Below are positions 62,727 to 64,000 of a stretch of DNA of 64,000 nt, piece after piece. This stretch comes from Squalus acanthias (taxonomy: Eukaryota). The notes beneath the pieces are model-generated. The model ran no database searches. It had not been told where the DNA came from and saw nothing but the letters and a program-made list of their open reading frames with translations. The stretch is taken from assembly GCA_030390025.1 (NCBI GenBank), contig CM059432.1, forward strand, positions 150,352,001-150,416,000, in the 5' to 3' direction. The translations under genes were made by a program, and so were the position numbers. The first letter of the stretch is position 1; each line of letters opens with the position of its first letter.

Positions 62727-63135
62727 GAGTGGTAGCACTCTCACCTGAGTCAGAAGGTGATGGGTTGAAGCCCCACTCCAGAGACTTGCACACATAATAT
62801 AGGCTGGCACTTCAGTGCAGTACTGAGAAATTGCCATACTGTAATGTCTTTGGCTCTCTCAGGTGGACATAAAAGATCCCAGGGCACTTCTCTAAAAAGA
62901 GCAGGGGAGTTGTCCCAGTGTCCTGACCAACATTTATCCCTCAACCAACACCTAAAACTGATGATCTGGTCATTTATTTCACTGTTCCTGGAACCTTACT
63001 GTGCGCAAATTGGCTGGCACATTTCCCACATTACAACAGTGACTACACTTCAAAAAAAGTACTTAATTGGCTGTAAAGTGCTTTGGGATGTCCTGTGGTT
63101 ATGAAAGATGCTATATAAATGCAAGCCTTTCTTTT
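62727..63135 (+). mobile_element. Deu-SINE, diverged with internal deletion
   Basis: GGTAGCACTCTCACCTGAGTCAGAAGG head, AAAGATCCC core and GCTATATAAATGCAAG tail. Confidence 0.85.
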
Positions 63136-63139
63136 CTTT

Positions 63140-63470
63140 TTTCAAGCATAATCTCCCTGCTCTTATATTCTATGCCTCAGCTAATAAAGGAAAGTATCCC
63201 GTATGCCTTCTGAACCACCTTATCTACCTGTCCTACTACCTTCAGGGATCAGTGGACATGCACTCCAAGCTCCCTCTGTTCCTCTACACTTCTCAGTGTC
63301 TTACCATTCATTGTGTATTCCCTTGCCTTGTTAACCCTCCCCAAATGCATTACCTCACACTTCTCCGTATTGAATTCCACTTGCCCATCTGACAAGTCCA
63401 TTGATATCCTCCTGCAGTCTACAGCTTTCTTCCTCACTATCAACCACATTGCACAGTCTCCCACTCTGTG
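63140..63470 (-). mobile_element. CR1 fragment
   Basis: EFNTEKCEVMHLGRVN...EEQRELGVHVH. Confidence 0.85.
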
Positions 63471-63699
63471 CCCTCCAAAACAGCAGACCTCCTTATCATC
63501 TTTAGTCATCCTTCCTCATAATCTTAAGGCATTTAAAACCGAAGCTTGTAATTACGCTCCCTTTTACCTCAGTTTCTCTTTTACTCCTTTCAATCTTGAT
63601 GAAGCCCTGTACTATGGGCATTGGCCCTTTACCTTGAACTTTAAAAACACCACTTCTAAATGTGGAGTATGGGTTTTAACTACATATTTTTGTTAACCA

Positions 63700-63830
63700 T
63701 AGGTATTAAGGGATATGGGACACAGGCAGGTATATGGAGTTAAGTCACAGATCAGCCATGATCTCATTGAATGATGGAACAGGCTCGAGAGGCTAAATGG
63801 CCTCCTCCTGTTCCTATGTTCCCTATGTTT
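63700..63830 (+). mobile_element. CR1 3' end
   Basis: GATCAGCCATGATCTCATTGAATG...AAATGGCCTCCTCCTGTTCCTATGTT; matches 44.38-44.51 kb. Confidence 0.8.
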
Positions 63831-64000
63831 CATGACTTACATCTTTTTTATTCTTTTCCATCTTGGTGGTCTCATACAGTGTTGCCCTTAGCCCGTCGTC
63901 TTGGTTTCTCAATTTAAAAAAAGGAGTCAGATGCAGAAGTTATGCATTCCAGCGTTGGACCGCTGCATTAGTGGACATTCATATCCTGTAACTTCTTGCA

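Overview
Eukaryotic, repeat-dense vertebrate DNA. The element families suggest a cartilaginous fish (shark-like); this is an inference from SacSINE1/Deu-type tRNA-SINEs, CR1 and L2 LINEs and PIF/Harbinger elements. There are no prokaryotic genes, rRNA, real tRNA genes or CRISPR arrays. Main content: (1) Four PIF/Harbinger transposon relics. The one at 53.4-57.7 kb keeps a spliced 3-exon Myb/SANT-like gene convergent with a HARBI1-like DDE transposase pseudogene. (2) At least six related MITEs with short GG-starting TIRs, several with 3-bp TSDs, and two hAT-type MITEs with 8-bp TSDs. (3) Three Penelope-like (PLE) insertions: two keep a minimal hammerhead-ribozyme core and have 14-bp TSDs (one a fold-back hairpin), and one retains only a remnant. 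(4) A 6.3-kb (GA)-rich satellite with higher-order structure, which explains the giant S/L/P and R/E ORFs. (5) Many CR1, L2, RTE and CR1-group LINE fragments, about 12 Deu-SINEs and two LF-SINE-like relics. (6) A templated-insertion duplication at 45.1-45.7 kb and a 114-bp inverted duplication at 58.4/59.6 kb. (7) Weak to moderate evidence for a minus-strand host gene: two phase-compatible exons at 15.0-15.4 kb starting MGLTLS, and possible non-coding upstream exons at 39.5-40.4 kb. Family names come from my recognition of motifs, not from database searches, and boundaries of degraded repeats are approximate.
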